This document shows, one piece after another, positions 1 to 9,033 of a stretch of 64,000 nt of DNA. Each line of letters opens with the position of its first letter. Position 1 is the stretch's first letter. The notes below the pieces were generated by a model. It searched no databases. It was not told the DNA's origin and saw nothing but the letters and a program-made list of their open reading frames with translations. The translations under genes were made by a program, and so were the position numbers. The DNA comes from an uncultured Blautia sp. Lineage in GTDB: Bacteria > Bacillota > Clostridia > Lachnospirales > Lachnospiraceae. The stretch is taken from positions 87,775 to 151,774 of the forward strand of contig URMH01000001.1 in assembly GCA_900549015.1 (NCBI GenBank). Reading direction: 5' to 3'.

Positions 1-27
1 GAACGGATAAAGCGAGAGGCTGAGGTC

Positions 28-399
28 ATGAAAAAACTTCTGGAAGAAATGCTCAAAGAGAATGCCGGCATAGATAACGCTTTCCTGATAAAAGGAAAAG
101 GATTGATATTGAGAGTGCCAAGAGATGCACAGGAAATCAAGAACGAAGGAGCTGCCCTTCACCATTGCGTTGGAACTTACGTTGACCGAGTGGCCAAAGG
201 GCAGACACACATCTTCTTTGTGCGCAGAGTGGAAGAACCTGATACACCATATTTCACAATGGAATATAACAATGGTCGCGTGATCCAGTGCAGGGGAAGC
301 CACAACTGTGGGATGCCGGCATCGGTAAAAGCTTTCGTAGCTGCGTTTGAGAAGTTGATGAAAGAACGGGAAGAAAAGATGGAAAGGAAGTGCGGATAA
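28..399 (+). CDS. PcfJ-like domain protein (small, or the C-terminal part of one)
   Basis: Motifs EGxxLHHCVGTY...GxTHIFFVR...QCRGxxN recalled as the conserved core of PcfJ-like proteins; RBS GAGGCTGAGG before ATG 28. Confidence 0.4.
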   Translation: MKKLLEEMLKENAGIDNAFLIKGKGLILRVPRDAQEIKNEGAALHHCVGTYVDRVAKGQTHIFFVRRVEEPDTPYFTMEYNNGRVIQCRGSHNCGMPASVKAFVAAFEKLMKEREEKMERKCG

Positions 400-593
400 T
401 GGCAAAACAGAGCATTAGAAGTATTCGAAAAGGAAGTGTTCAATGGAACGAAGAAGACCGATTACAGATGGTTTCCATGCTGGCAAAAGCAGGATATGCA
501 GTTCAGATTGTCAGAAAAGAAGTTCCCGGAGGCGAAAACAGAAAGTCGGCTCAGTACGAATATGTGATCGAATACGGAGAGAAGGTGGAATGA
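399..593 (+). CDS. hypothetical small phage protein
   Basis: ATG at 399 overlaps the upstream stop (TAATG); preferred over the overlapping alternative frame because it gives non-overlapping gene packing. Confidence 0.35.
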   Translation: MAKQSIRSIRKGSVQWNEEDRLQMVSMLAKAGYAVQIVRKEVPGGENRKSAQYEYVIEYGEKVE

Positions 594-829
594 TGAAATT
601 CATAGCCAGGAAACCTGTTGTAAAGACGAGGGTTTACAAGAGATACGGTCTTGTATGCGTAGAATATAAGCCCTGCTACTGTCCGAGGTGCCAGAATATA
701 TTAAATGCCGGACCGAACTATCAACCGAAATACTGTAGCGAGTGTGGCCAGAAAATTGATTTTTCAGAAGTAAAGTGGGAAGAAGAAAGAATTCTTGAAC
801 ATGCAGAAAGGAGTTTGGCCAATGAATAA
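590..829 (+). CDS. zinc-ribbon protein
   Basis: Two CxxC pairs (CPRC...CSEC); RBS GAGAAGGTGG upstream of ATGATG. Confidence 0.4.
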   Translation: MMKFIARKPVVKTRVYKRYGLVCVEYKPCYCPRCQNILNAGPNYQPKYCSECGQKIDFSEVKWEEERILEHAERSLANE

Positions 830-1835
830 GAGCGGTATTGAATGGTGTGATCACACATGGAACCCAATCACCGGTTGTCGGCATGGCTGTTCTTACTGCT
901 ACGCCGACAAGATGTCACTCCGTTTTTGCGGAAACATGAAACGAAATATGCTCCAGACAGGGCAATATCGAATAGAGGGAGATCTGTTTGTTCTGGATGA
1001 GCCGTTCATGAATGAAGATGGAAAGCCTGTCATATATCCATTTGGATTTGAACCGACATTGCACAGATACAGATACGATACACTGGACAAGCTGAAACAG
1101 GGGCAGAATGTGTTTGTTGGAGCAATGGCCGATATATTTGGCGAATGGGTGCCGGACAGTTGGATAGACGATATCCTTGGTATTTGCGAAAAACACCCTC
1201 AGCACAATTACTTGTTTCTTACCAAGAATCCGAAAAGGTACACCCAGTACGGTGTACCTTACGGAAAAGAAAATATGTGGTATGGAACAACTGTGACGAA
1301 TAGTGAGGACATGGAACGGATATACCAGCTTCCAACCCTGCTAAACACTTTCGCCAGTATAGAGCCATTGCTTGAAGATATAGACGAAAACATTTCTGCA
1401 CTGAAATATTTGAACTGGATCATTATCGGTGCCGAGACAGGACACAGGAAAGAGAAAGTGATTCCTGAGTTCGAATGGATTAAGAGAATTGTTGTAGAAG
1501 CTGATTACAACGAGATACCGGTATTTATGAAAGACAGCCTGATTCCGATAGTTGGCGAGAAGAATATGCGCAGGGATTATCCGAAGGAACTGCAGATTCG
1601 AAAAAGAAGCGAGAAAGTCAATAAAAAACTCAGTGGCAACTGTATGTTGTGCGGAAAGACAGAAGATAAAAACAAGATGGTTACCTTGACAGCAAGAGCG
1701 GTCAGGGGCGGCAAGGCGACATCGTTTGGCCATATGTGTCATTCCTGCTTTGCGAAATGGCTGACTAGTCACAATATACCGGTGCCGGACCTGGAAAATA
1801 AAAAGGAGATTGAAGATGGCAAAGAGAAGCTGTAG
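822..1835 (+). CDS. phage Gp37/Gp68-family (DUF5131) protein with radical-SAM-like CX3CX2C motif and C-terminal zinc ribbon
   Basis: N-terminus SGIEWCDHTWNPITGCRHGCSYCYA matches the Gp37/Gp68 signature; RBS GAAAGGAG 7 nt before ATG 822; C-terminal CMLC...CHSC. Confidence 0.6.
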   Translation: MNKSGIEWCDHTWNPITGCRHGCSYCYADKMSLRFCGNMKRNMLQTGQYRIEGDLFVLDEPFMNEDGKPVIYPFGFEPTLHRYRYDTLDKLKQGQNVFVGAMADIFGEWVPDSWIDDILGICEKHPQHNYLFLTKNPKRYTQYGVPYGKENMWYGTTVTNSEDMERIYQLPTLLNTFASIEPLLEDIDENISALKYLNWIIIGAETGHRKEKVIPEFEWIKRIVVEADYNEIPVFMKDSLIPIVGEKNMRRDYPKELQIRKRSEKVNKKLSGNCMLCGKTEDKNKMVTLTARAVRGGKATSFGHMCHSCFAKWLTSHNIPVPDLENKKEIEDGKEKL

Positions 1836-2097
1836 AAGAACAACTGATGAAAACCTTATTCATAAAAAAGCTGTGGAAATGAGAAAGAAGACAGACGAAC
1901 AGCTTGTGCATTATGTGGAAGATCGTGTGGAAAAAGCACGAAGTGAGGGCTTCAATTGTGGAAAAGCCAGTGTTCCAAAAACCGGAGAGGGAGCAAAGGA
2001 GTTTATCGCATTCCTTCAGCTGAATAAGATTCCGGGAATTGGAGCAGTAACAATAAACAAACTCATAAAGGTAGCGGAAGAAAATGGATACTTATAA
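1816..2097 (+). CDS. small helix-hairpin-helix DNA-binding protein
   Basis: IPGIGAVTINKL HhH-like motif; RBS AAAGGAG before ATG 1816 (the track ORF begins at TTG 1810). Confidence 0.4.
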   Translation: MAKRSCRRTTDENLIHKKAVEMRKKTDEQLVHYVEDRVEKARSEGFNCGKASVPKTGEGAKEFIAFLQLNKIPGIGAVTINKLIKVAEENGYL

Positions 2098-2635
2098 GCG
2101 TTCGATAAGAGGTCTGCAGAGCAGATCTAACGGGGAACATTTTGAGGGAATGATAATTGCGGCATCCAGATTCTATGAAGAAAGAGGAATTGCAGCAGTT
2201 GATAAAACTCCGGAAGCATTTAAGGTACTGAAGGCAATGGACAGGAACAGAGGGCAGTTCATCTGCTGTTTCACTAAACAGGCTCAGCCTGATTTCAAAG
2301 GAATTCTCATGGATTCAACCATGATCTTGTTTGATGCAAAGCATACGGACAAAGATAAGATTAGCAGGGACGTAGTAACCACTGAACAGCAGGCGTGCTT
2401 TGAAAGGTATATGAAGCTTGGGGCAATGTGTTTTTTGGTTGTATCTCTGGAATTTAAAGAATTCTACCGGGTTCCGTGGGTGGTATTTCGGGATATGAAG
2501 AAGATTTACGGACACAAGTACATGAACCGGGAAGAACTGGAACCTTACAGGATCAAATATTCAAACGGAGTGGTGAAGTACCTCGATGGTATTGTTCTCC
2601 GGGAAAGGAATGAAGATGAAAGTACAGAAGTATGA
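2084..2635 (+). CDS. recU: RecU-like Holliday-junction resolvase
   Basis: Core QPDFKGILMDSTMILFDAKHT resembles the RecU catalytic region (D..G....FE/D.K); size and position in the replication/recombination module fit. Confidence 0.45.
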   Translation: MDTYKRSIRGLQSRSNGEHFEGMIIAASRFYEERGIAAVDKTPEAFKVLKAMDRNRGQFICCFTKQAQPDFKGILMDSTMILFDAKHTDKDKISRDVVTTEQQACFERYMKLGAMCFLVVSLEFKEFYRVPWVVFRDMKKIYGHKYMNREELEPYRIKYSNGVVKYLDGIVLRERNEDESTEV

Positions 2636-3680
2636 GATCGCCAGAGTTATTGATAAATTAAAAAGTATTGTGCAGAAGAACGACCAGTTTCCGGCTCTGG
2701 GAGGGATTCTGGTAAAGGACGGGTATTTAATCGCCTCCAACTCCGAGATTACAATGAAGGTCAAATTAGAGGCCTCAGAAGGCAGTTATTTTATTATTCC
2801 AATGAAAGCCTTTGACTTGATCAAAAATCTTCCGGATGGAGAAATCGACATCAGCGCAACCGACAAGAATGTAGTTATGATCAAGATAGGAGCAATTAAA
2901 AACAAATACCAGAGTTACCCTCCGGAGGAATTCAATTTTGATATTACAGAGGATCCGGAAGCGGATGGAGTGGAATTGAATGGTAAAAAGATCATGGAGG
3001 CTATAGGTCATGTTATTTATGCAGCAGCTGACGGCGGTGCGAATACACAGATGACCGGAATTTATTTTGAGGGTACAGACAGCGGAGTTTCCCTTGCCGC
3101 ACTGGACGGGCACGTAGTCGCAGTAGATTCTGTTAAAGCAGAAGGCGCAAAGGACATGAAGCTGATCGTGCCGAAGGCAACTGCCAAGAAGTTAATCTCC
3201 ATGGGCGTGATTGATGATGTGACTCTTACATATACCAAAAACAGTGCGGTATTCAAGTCTGATGAATATACCATTTACACAAGACTGATTGAAGGAAAAT
3301 ACTTTGCTTATCAGAAAATGTTTACCGAAGGCGAGATTAATACATGTGCATCAAGAACTGCATTGATCGGCGCAATGACCAGGGCAAAGATGTGTACGGA
3401 AGAAAAGCAGCCGGCAGTATTCCAGATAGAAGACGATGTGCTGAATATCAGTATCCGGGATAAGCTGGCAGACTATCAGGAACAGGTACCGCTTCAGGAA
3501 ACCGTATGCAAATCCATACGGTTGGGATTCGATTCAAGACTGGTCCTGGAAACATTGAAAGCCTTCACCTGTGACAATATTGCACTGGGCTTCACCAGCC
3601 CACGAACACCGATGATTGTGGAAGCAGAGGACAGCGACATGAAAGCCATGGTGCTTCCAGTAGCGATAAGGGAGGCTTAA
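2610..3680 (+). CDS. dnaN: DNA polymerase III beta-subunit-like sliding clamp (phage-encoded DnaN)
   Basis: ~355 aa; N-terminus MKVQKYEIARVIDKLKSIVQKND..PALGGILVKDGYLIASNSEITMK resembles the DnaN N-terminus; three-domain length; RBS GGAAAGGA. Confidence 0.55.
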   Translation: MKMKVQKYEIARVIDKLKSIVQKNDQFPALGGILVKDGYLIASNSEITMKVKLEASEGSYFIIPMKAFDLIKNLPDGEIDISATDKNVVMIKIGAIKNKYQSYPPEEFNFDITEDPEADGVELNGKKIMEAIGHVIYAAADGGANTQMTGIYFEGTDSGVSLAALDGHVVAVDSVKAEGAKDMKLIVPKATAKKLISMGVIDDVTLTYTKNSAVFKSDEYTIYTRLIEGKYFAYQKMFTEGEINTCASRTALIGAMTRAKMCTEEKQPAVFQIEDDVLNISIRDKLADYQEQVPLQETVCKSIRLGFDSRLVLETLKAFTCDNIALGFTSPRTPMIVEAEDSDMKAMVLPVAIREA

Positions 3681-3682
3681 AT

Positions 3683-3886
3683 ATGATCGAGATTATATCA
3701 GTAAAAGATATCAAAGATGCAACACCAGAGGAACTTGCAAATCTTCGCCGGAAGGGACTTCTTCCGGCAGAAGGAACCAGGGGAACATCTGGAAGACCTC
3801 TCAGCCCGTATGAGCGAACCAGAGCACAGGTGGCTGCTACTGGAAACAGACGGGTGATGGAAAACTTTATTGCCACGCACAGCTGA
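3683..3886 (+). CDS. hypothetical small protein
   Basis: RBS GGGAGG before ATG; tightly packed in the operon. Confidence 0.35.
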   Translation: MIEIISVKDIKDATPEELANLRRKGLLPAEGTRGTSGRPLSPYERTRAQVAATGNRRVMENFIATHS

Positions 3887-3901
3887 AAGGGGATGAAATA
3901 A

Positions 3902-4108
3902 ATGAATTTGTATAGATATTATCAGCATGATGGATTCCGATGCGAAACTACAGTCGGAATTGTTAAAGCAAAAGACATGCAAGAGGCTGAAAAAATCGTA
4001 AAAAACCATTACGAAAAAGCATATCGAGGAGAATTCCAGCGCGATGGTTGGGAGCTGGAAGAAGTTGAGTTTTCCGATGATGGATGCAGCGAAATTTATT
4101 ACGGGTGA
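3902..4108 (+). CDS. hypothetical small protein
   Basis: RBS AAAGGGGATG before ATG. Confidence 0.35.
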   Translation: MNLYRYYQHDGFRCETTVGIVKAKDMQEAEKIVKNHYEKAYRGEFQRDGWELEEVEFSDDGCSEIYYG

Positions 4109-4113
4109 TTAAT

Positions 4114-4365
4114 ATGGCGAAGGCGTTATATAACTTATGCAAAAGGAATGGGACAGTGATGGAGTACTCCATCACTGGATCCGAAGTAGCTGAATTGATT
4201 AGCTGCAAAAAGCAGGATGTTTATAATTCTGCGAGCTACGGCCAGATGATCCGGAAAGAATTTTACGTTGAAGTTGTAGACCGGCCACTGAGCCGAACGA
4301 AAGATCTTACATTACTTTTGGAATATGACCGGGTTTGTAGAGAAATTCTTGAGAGGTGTGGATGA
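4114..4365 (+). CDS. hypothetical protein
   Basis: ATG at 4114 (MAKALYN) inside the track ORF 4084..4365. Confidence 0.35.
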   Translation: MAKALYNLCKRNGTVMEYSITGSEVAELISCKKQDVYNSASYGQMIRKEFYVEVVDRPLSRTKDLTLLLEYDRVCREILERCG

Positions 4366-4589
4366 TGAAAGTATATAAAGCAGTGCATGAGAGAGAAAAC
4401 AAGTGCAAGGAATTGCACAAAGAGATGAATATGAATGTAGGCCCGACCAGACTGGTCCAGCCGGATTTTTACCTGTTGGTCGATGTGGATGACCTGCAGA
4501 AACAGATGAATGCTTTGGAGAACGAACTTCACCGAATGAAAAGAGTGGAAGCAAGGAGAAAATGGAGATATGTTCATAAAAGAAGATGA
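4356..4589 (+). CDS. hypothetical coiled-coil protein
   Basis: RBS GAGGTG before ATGATG; overlaps the upstream stop. Confidence 0.35.
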   Translation: MWMMKVYKAVHERENKCKELHKEMNMNVGPTRLVQPDFYLLVDVDDLQKQMNALENELHRMKRVEARRKWRYVHKRR

Positions 4590-5616
4590 TTTGAAATTGA
4601 ATGAGTGGCAGTTTTCTCAAAGAAAATTTCTTCCGTATGAGATAAAAACCAAACTTGCTGAAACAAGAATTCGTGAATGGTATGACAACTGGAATGGACA
4701 AGTATATCTAAGTTATTCGGGAGGGCTTGATAGTACAGCTCTGCTTCATATGATCCGCAAAACTGTCGGAAAAGAAGTACCAGCAGTGTTCTCGAATACT
4801 GGTTTGGAATTTCCTGAGATTGTGAGATTTGCCAGAAAAGCCAGTGGAGAGTTTTTGGAAATTTATCCGCAGAGAAAAGACGGTAGTCGAGCTACATTCA
4901 AATGGGTTGTCGAAACTTATGGATTTCCTATTACATCAAAGGAGAACGCCGCAAGAATCAGAAAACTCAGACACGGAAATCTTTGTAACAGGTATAGAAA
5001 TTATCTTTTAAATGGAGATGAGCGAGGAAAATTCGGAGTACTTCCAAAGAAATGGCATTACCTCTTAGAGACTAAGTTTGATACCAGTGAGAAGTGTTGT
5101 GACATCATGAAAAAGAATCCGTTTTCAAAATACGGCAAAGAAACAGGACGCGTTCCATACGTAGGTACAACACAGGACGAAGGCTTTATGCGCGCACGTT
5201 TATATGCTCATACTGGCTGCAATGTGTATGACGGCAAAACGATTAAAAGTCAGCCACTCGGACCATGGAACAGACAGGATGTTCTCAGATACATTGTGGA
5301 AAATGATGTGGAAATATGTTCAATTTATGGAGATATACGGAAATCATCAAGCGGGTTATATTACACTACAGGAGAACAGAGAACTGGTTGCATGTTCTGT
5401 GCATTCGGAGCACATATGGAGGAATGCCCGAATAGATTTCAAAGAATGGCGAAAACACATCCGAAACATTGGAAAATCTGTATGAATCTTGAAAACAATG
5501 GAGTTAGATATCAAGATGCATTATTAGAATGTAAAATCGAAACTGAAACGTGGGAACAAATGGGACAGATGAGCATAGAAGATTATCTGAAAGGGAAGAT
5601 TCATGAAACGGCATGA
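4570..5616 (+). CDS. PAPS-reductase-family PP-loop ATP pyrophosphatase (DndC/IbrA-like) with C-terminal Cys cluster
   Basis: PP-loop YLSYSGGLDSTALLHM..VFSNTGLEFPE matches the PAPS-reductase family; C-terminal CC..CMFCAFG..C cysteines. Confidence 0.6.
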   Translation: MFIKEDDLKLNEWQFSQRKFLPYEIKTKLAETRIREWYDNWNGQVYLSYSGGLDSTALLHMIRKTVGKEVPAVFSNTGLEFPEIVRFARKASGEFLEIYPQRKDGSRATFKWVVETYGFPITSKENAARIRKLRHGNLCNRYRNYLLNGDERGKFGVLPKKWHYLLETKFDTSEKCCDIMKKNPFSKYGKETGRVPYVGTTQDEGFMRARLYAHTGCNVYDGKTIKSQPLGPWNRQDVLRYIVENDVEICSIYGDIRKSSSGLYYTTGEQRTGCMFCAFGAHMEECPNRFQRMAKTHPKHWKICMNLENNGVRYQDALLECKIETETWEQMGQMSIEDYLKGKIHETA

Positions 5617-5848
5617 ATATGCATTTCCCTGTGGTGGCTGTATTTGCAATCACTGTGCGAATAATCTATACAGTTCGGGCAAAATGGCAGGAGAAGCAAA
5701 GATATTTTGCTATGTTTGTGAGGAATGTCGATATTATGATGGGGACTTAAAAAATAAAGATATGAGATGCAAGCAGTGCAAAAATTATATCGTAACAAAT
5801 GAACATGCTGAACGTTTGAGAAAAAAGATAAAGGTGGTAAAGAAATGA
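5603..5848 (+). CDS. Cys-rich zinc-binding small protein
   Basis: Eleven cysteines in 81 aa (CGGCICNHC, CYVCEEC, CKQC); RBS AAGGGAAG; overlaps the upstream stop. Confidence 0.4.
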   Translation: MKRHEYAFPCGGCICNHCANNLYSSGKMAGEAKIFCYVCEECRYYDGDLKNKDMRCKQCKNYIVTNEHAERLRKKIKVVKK

Positions 5849-6159
5849 GGAAGATTAAGGAGAAACGCATGCAGAGTTATGTCCTTAGAGCCAGAAAAAT
5901 GGTTCAAGAAGGAAAAAACAAAGAAGGGGCAGAAATGCTTAGTGAGGGCATGAGTTATTACAGTAACAATATCATCAAAGCTCTTACGCCGTATGCAACT
6001 GCAGACGCCGGAATTATTTCTATGGTCCTGCACAACTTGGCAGATGGTATCGAGAAGAATAATCCAGGAGCAAAAGAGCTTCGCATGTGGGCAGAAAACA
6101 ACACCACAAAACCTGAATTGCAAGAAACAATTAAGGTTAAGAAACCCAATATGAGGTAG
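5845..6159 (+). CDS. hypothetical protein
   Basis: RBS AAGGTGG before ATG; ATGA overlap with the previous gene. Confidence 0.35.
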   Translation: MRKIKEKRMQSYVLRARKMVQEGKNKEGAEMLSEGMSYYSNNIIKALTPYATADAGIISMVLHNLADGIEKNNPGAKELRMWAENNTTKPELQETIKVKKPNMR

Positions 6160-6162
6160 AAA

Positions 6163-6708
6163 ATGACAAGAACTGAAACAACCAAATTCCTTGGAAAATT
6201 ACTTATAGATACTCGCCTCGGAGGGGCTGGCTCGCACTGGGCCAGCGAGGTTAGTATTGATCCATGGACACCGAAGGCAAGGCGGGTGGACTACATGGAA
6301 TTTTCTCCGGCGAATCAATGCTCTGTGTCAGGAATAGAAAAAGGCATATTCACCTGCTATGAAATTAAGAGCTGCAAAGAGGATGTTTATAGCGGTAATG
6401 GCTTGAATTTCTTCGGGGAAAAGAATTACATTGTAACTACGATGGCATGTTACAAAGACATTCTGCCAGATTTCCGGAGCGGCAAATTTGCTAATTACAT
6501 GAGTGAAAAGCACCCGGATTCATCAACTTATTATGGCATTATGGTTGCTATTCCGTTTTGGGGAGAAGCAACGGAAGAATTCAATGATCCTACACCATTA
6601 AGCGAGGATAGAAACTGGAAGTTGGAAATTGTATTGCCTTGCAGACAGGGGATAAGAACGAAGTCTATGACAGAATTACTATTCTGCATGCTGCGGAGCG
6701 GGCGTTGA
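6163..6708 (+). CDS. putative PD-(D/E)xK-fold nuclease-like protein
   Basis: Candidate catalytic spacing RVDYMEF...CYEIKSCKED (D ... ExK); RBS TGAGGTAG. Confidence 0.3.
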   Translation: MTRTETTKFLGKLLIDTRLGGAGSHWASEVSIDPWTPKARRVDYMEFSPANQCSVSGIEKGIFTCYEIKSCKEDVYSGNGLNFFGEKNYIVTTMACYKDILPDFRSGKFANYMSEKHPDSSTYYGIMVAIPFWGEATEEFNDPTPLSEDRNWKLEIVLPCRQGIRTKSMTELLFCMLRSGR

Positions 6709-6722
6709 GAGGAGGAATTAAG

Positions 6723-7649
6723 ATGGCAATATTCCATAAAACATTGCAGTATCATGAAGATACAACGGAGAAAAGAGATATTTCTCAGGAAGATATAGAA
6801 TTTCTGAAGAAATTGCAGCTTGAAATGAATACTCAGGACACAACAGGAACAGCGGATCCTCGCTTCTGGGTTATTAAAGGTAGCGAGAGAGTGATCAATA
6901 ATGAGGATCCGGACGAGCTGTGCTTGCAAGTAGATGGAAGCACAGTTACAAGCACAACGGAAGAAACGGTGAAGTATCTCAATGATAACATCTTGCCAGA
7001 CTGCAATATCGATAGAGGCTGCAAAATTGAAACAGGGTATACATGGGATTTTAAACTGACGTACACGGAAGATGGAGAAGAAGAGTATGATGATTTGTCA
7101 ACGCAGGAAGTGAATGAATTTCTTGCCAACAATGGACATGATGATACCATGATAATTGGTATTTCAATCAGACCATTTATGTACCCAAACACGATGTTTC
7201 TTACAGAGAAAGAAGCCAGGGAACATCTTAAGAGAAATCATTATCATTACTCAGAAGACGCACATACATATTGCATGGTTGCGTGGAGATCCCCGGAAGT
7301 AGAAAAATTATGGAAGATATTACGGGAAACAAAATGGGATTGCAAAGACAAAGAGCTTGAAAGCCATGAAGAAAAGTACATTCTACATTACTGTATTTCT
7401 CTCATGCAGGAGTTGGTCGGATGTTTCGAAGAATGGTACAGATGGGTACATGGAGAAAATGCAATAGAAGAGCTGAGTGAAGAAGAAAAGTTCTGCTATA
7501 ACATGTCGTATTTCCATATTGTCCAGGAACTGTTTTTGTTTCGCACATCACATTCTGGAGGAACATCAACGAGGGCAAAATGCAGACAGTTTGGTGTTGA
7601 TAGCAGTGAAAATGTCGAATTCAAATTCAGTGAGGAAGAAGATGGATAA
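6723..7649 (+). CDS. hypothetical acidic phage protein
   Basis: RBS GAGGAGG before ATG 6723; the track ORF begins earlier, inside the upstream gene. Confidence 0.4.
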   Translation: MAIFHKTLQYHEDTTEKRDISQEDIEFLKKLQLEMNTQDTTGTADPRFWVIKGSERVINNEDPDELCLQVDGSTVTSTTEETVKYLNDNILPDCNIDRGCKIETGYTWDFKLTYTEDGEEEYDDLSTQEVNEFLANNGHDDTMIIGISIRPFMYPNTMFLTEKEAREHLKRNHYHYSEDAHTYCMVAWRSPEVEKLWKILRETKWDCKDKELESHEEKYILHYCISLMQELVGCFEEWYRWVHGENAIEELSEEEKFCYNMSYFHIVQELFLFRTSHSGGTSTRAKCRQFGVDSSENVEFKFSEEEDG

Positions 7650-7896
7650 ATCAATAATAATGTTTGACACACCGGATTCTTGTGGAGAATGTTTCTGCCA
7701 GAAAGGGTATACAGTTTATGGTTATGCATGTGGTCTCACAAATAGGATGAATAAAGATGCTCGCTGTAGGCCGGGTTGGTGCCCGTTGATACCACTTCCG
7801 GAACGCCATATAGCTTCGAAAACTGCAACGGGGTATGAAATTGGATACGAAGATGGATGGAATGAGTGTCTTGAAAAAATAGTGGGAGGCGAGTAA
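7642..7896 (+). CDS. Cys-rich small protein
   Basis: MDKSIIMFDTPDSCGECFCQ... with multiple Cys; RBS GAGGAAGAAG. Confidence 0.35.
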   Translation: MDKSIIMFDTPDSCGECFCQKGYTVYGYACGLTNRMNKDARCRPGWCPLIPLPERHIASKTATGYEIGYEDGWNECLEKIVGGE

Positions 7897-7897
7897 T

Positions 7898-8266
7898 TTG
7901 AAAAGCTTAGAAAAAATATTGGAAAATCGTTGCATTCGGAATCACAAAACAATGTTTCCGGTGCATGAAGCAGAGATTGGGCTTCCGGACTGTGGAATCT
8001 GTAGAGTGATATGGGAACGTGTGAATGGTTATGAACACGTAGCAGCCTCCCCGCAAGATCCTGGTTCACAAAATAAATACCTTCTTCCAACAGGGAACGA
8101 TATGCGTGCATTAAAGGATATTTTCTTTGGAGATGAAGAAGTAGAGCACAAGTTTAGCATAAAGAAGTATCAATATGCAAATTTAAATGGAGCTGAAGGC
8201 TGGGTGCATTTATGGAAACCGATAGGACATGAAATTGATGAATTGGTAAAGAGAGAAGGTGAATAA
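7898..8266 (+). CDS. hypothetical protein
   Basis: TTG start after GGAGG; CxxC pair present. Confidence 0.3.
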   Translation: MKSLEKILENRCIRNHKTMFPVHEAEIGLPDCGICRVIWERVNGYEHVAASPQDPGSQNKYLLPTGNDMRALKDIFFGDEEVEHKFSIKKYQYANLNGAEGWVHLWKPIGHEIDELVKREGE

Positions 8267-8587
8267 ATGAGAAATGTATTATTTTATATTGCAGGAGCTG
8301 CTACAGTAGGAGTGTTTTTTACATTATGGTGCGCGGTAGCAGTACAAAGAGTGAGAAAAGAAAGTGAAGCATCCAAGTACGGAGAGCTTTGTGCGAGGAT
8401 TCAGAAACAGATCGATGAAACAAGAATGAGAATTTATTCTGTGAAAATGCAGCTTCATATAGCAGATCATGCTCTGGATCAGGCATTGCTCCAGTGGAAG
8501 TATGAGTATTTGATGAAACAGGAACAATGGCTTATCGAACTGATGTGCGGAAAAAGAGAAGAAGAAAAGCAGGAGGAAAAGCAATGA
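8267..8587 (+). CDS. hypothetical membrane-anchored coiled-coil protein
   Basis: N-terminal hydrophobic helix; RBS AGAGAAGGTG. Confidence 0.35.
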   Translation: MRNVLFYIAGAATVGVFFTLWCAVAVQRVRKESEASKYGELCARIQKQIDETRMRIYSVKMQLHIADHALDQALLQWKYEYLMKQEQWLIELMCGKREEEKQEEKQ

Positions 8588-8805
8588 AGTGTAGTATCAG
8601 CACATATTATAAGATTTTGGACGCAGAATTATATAATTATGATGATAGTTATATGAAACTGGATGTTGACGTCAATGCGAAAAGTATCGATCTTGAAGAA
8701 TATGCGAGCAAACAGAAAAAGAGCATTGCGGATATGTGTAATGTGCCTGAAGAAAAGGTAATTCCAATATCTCGATTAGAGTATGAAACATATGCAGATG
8801 AGTAA
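8584..8805 (+). CDS. hypothetical small protein
   Basis: ATGA overlap with the upstream stop. Confidence 0.3.
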   Translation: MKCSISTYYKILDAELYNYDDSYMKLDVDVNAKSIDLEEYASKQKKSIADMCNVPEEKVIPISRLEYETYADE

Positions 8806-8820
8806 AGAGAGGAAGCCCAT

Positions 8821-9033
8821 ATGTACAGCAAATGCCAGAAGTGCGGAAAGAAACTGACGGATCCCGAAAGCATCAAAAGGGGATATGGACCGGAATGTTG
8901 GAACAGCCTGACTGCACATTATTACCGAAACCCTGTTGACTGGGAAAACTACAGAGTACCTGGGCAAATGAACATTGAGGATTTTTTGGATATGGGAGGT
9001 GGGGACAATGGCGATAAGAAAGATATGCCCTGA
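8821..9033 (+). CDS. zinc-ribbon protein
   Basis: CQKCGKK...C; RBS GAGAGGAAG. Confidence 0.35.
   Translation: MYSKCQKCGKKLTDPESIKRGYGPECWNSLTAHYYRNPVDWENYRVPGQMNIEDFLDMGGGDNGDKKDMP

Noticed and set aside
443-829. Track ORF 443..829 as a single 128-aa gene
   Set aside because: Its first half overlaps 399..593 in another frame. The zinc-ribbon part has its own RBS and ATG at 590, giving clean non-overlapping packing, so it is split.
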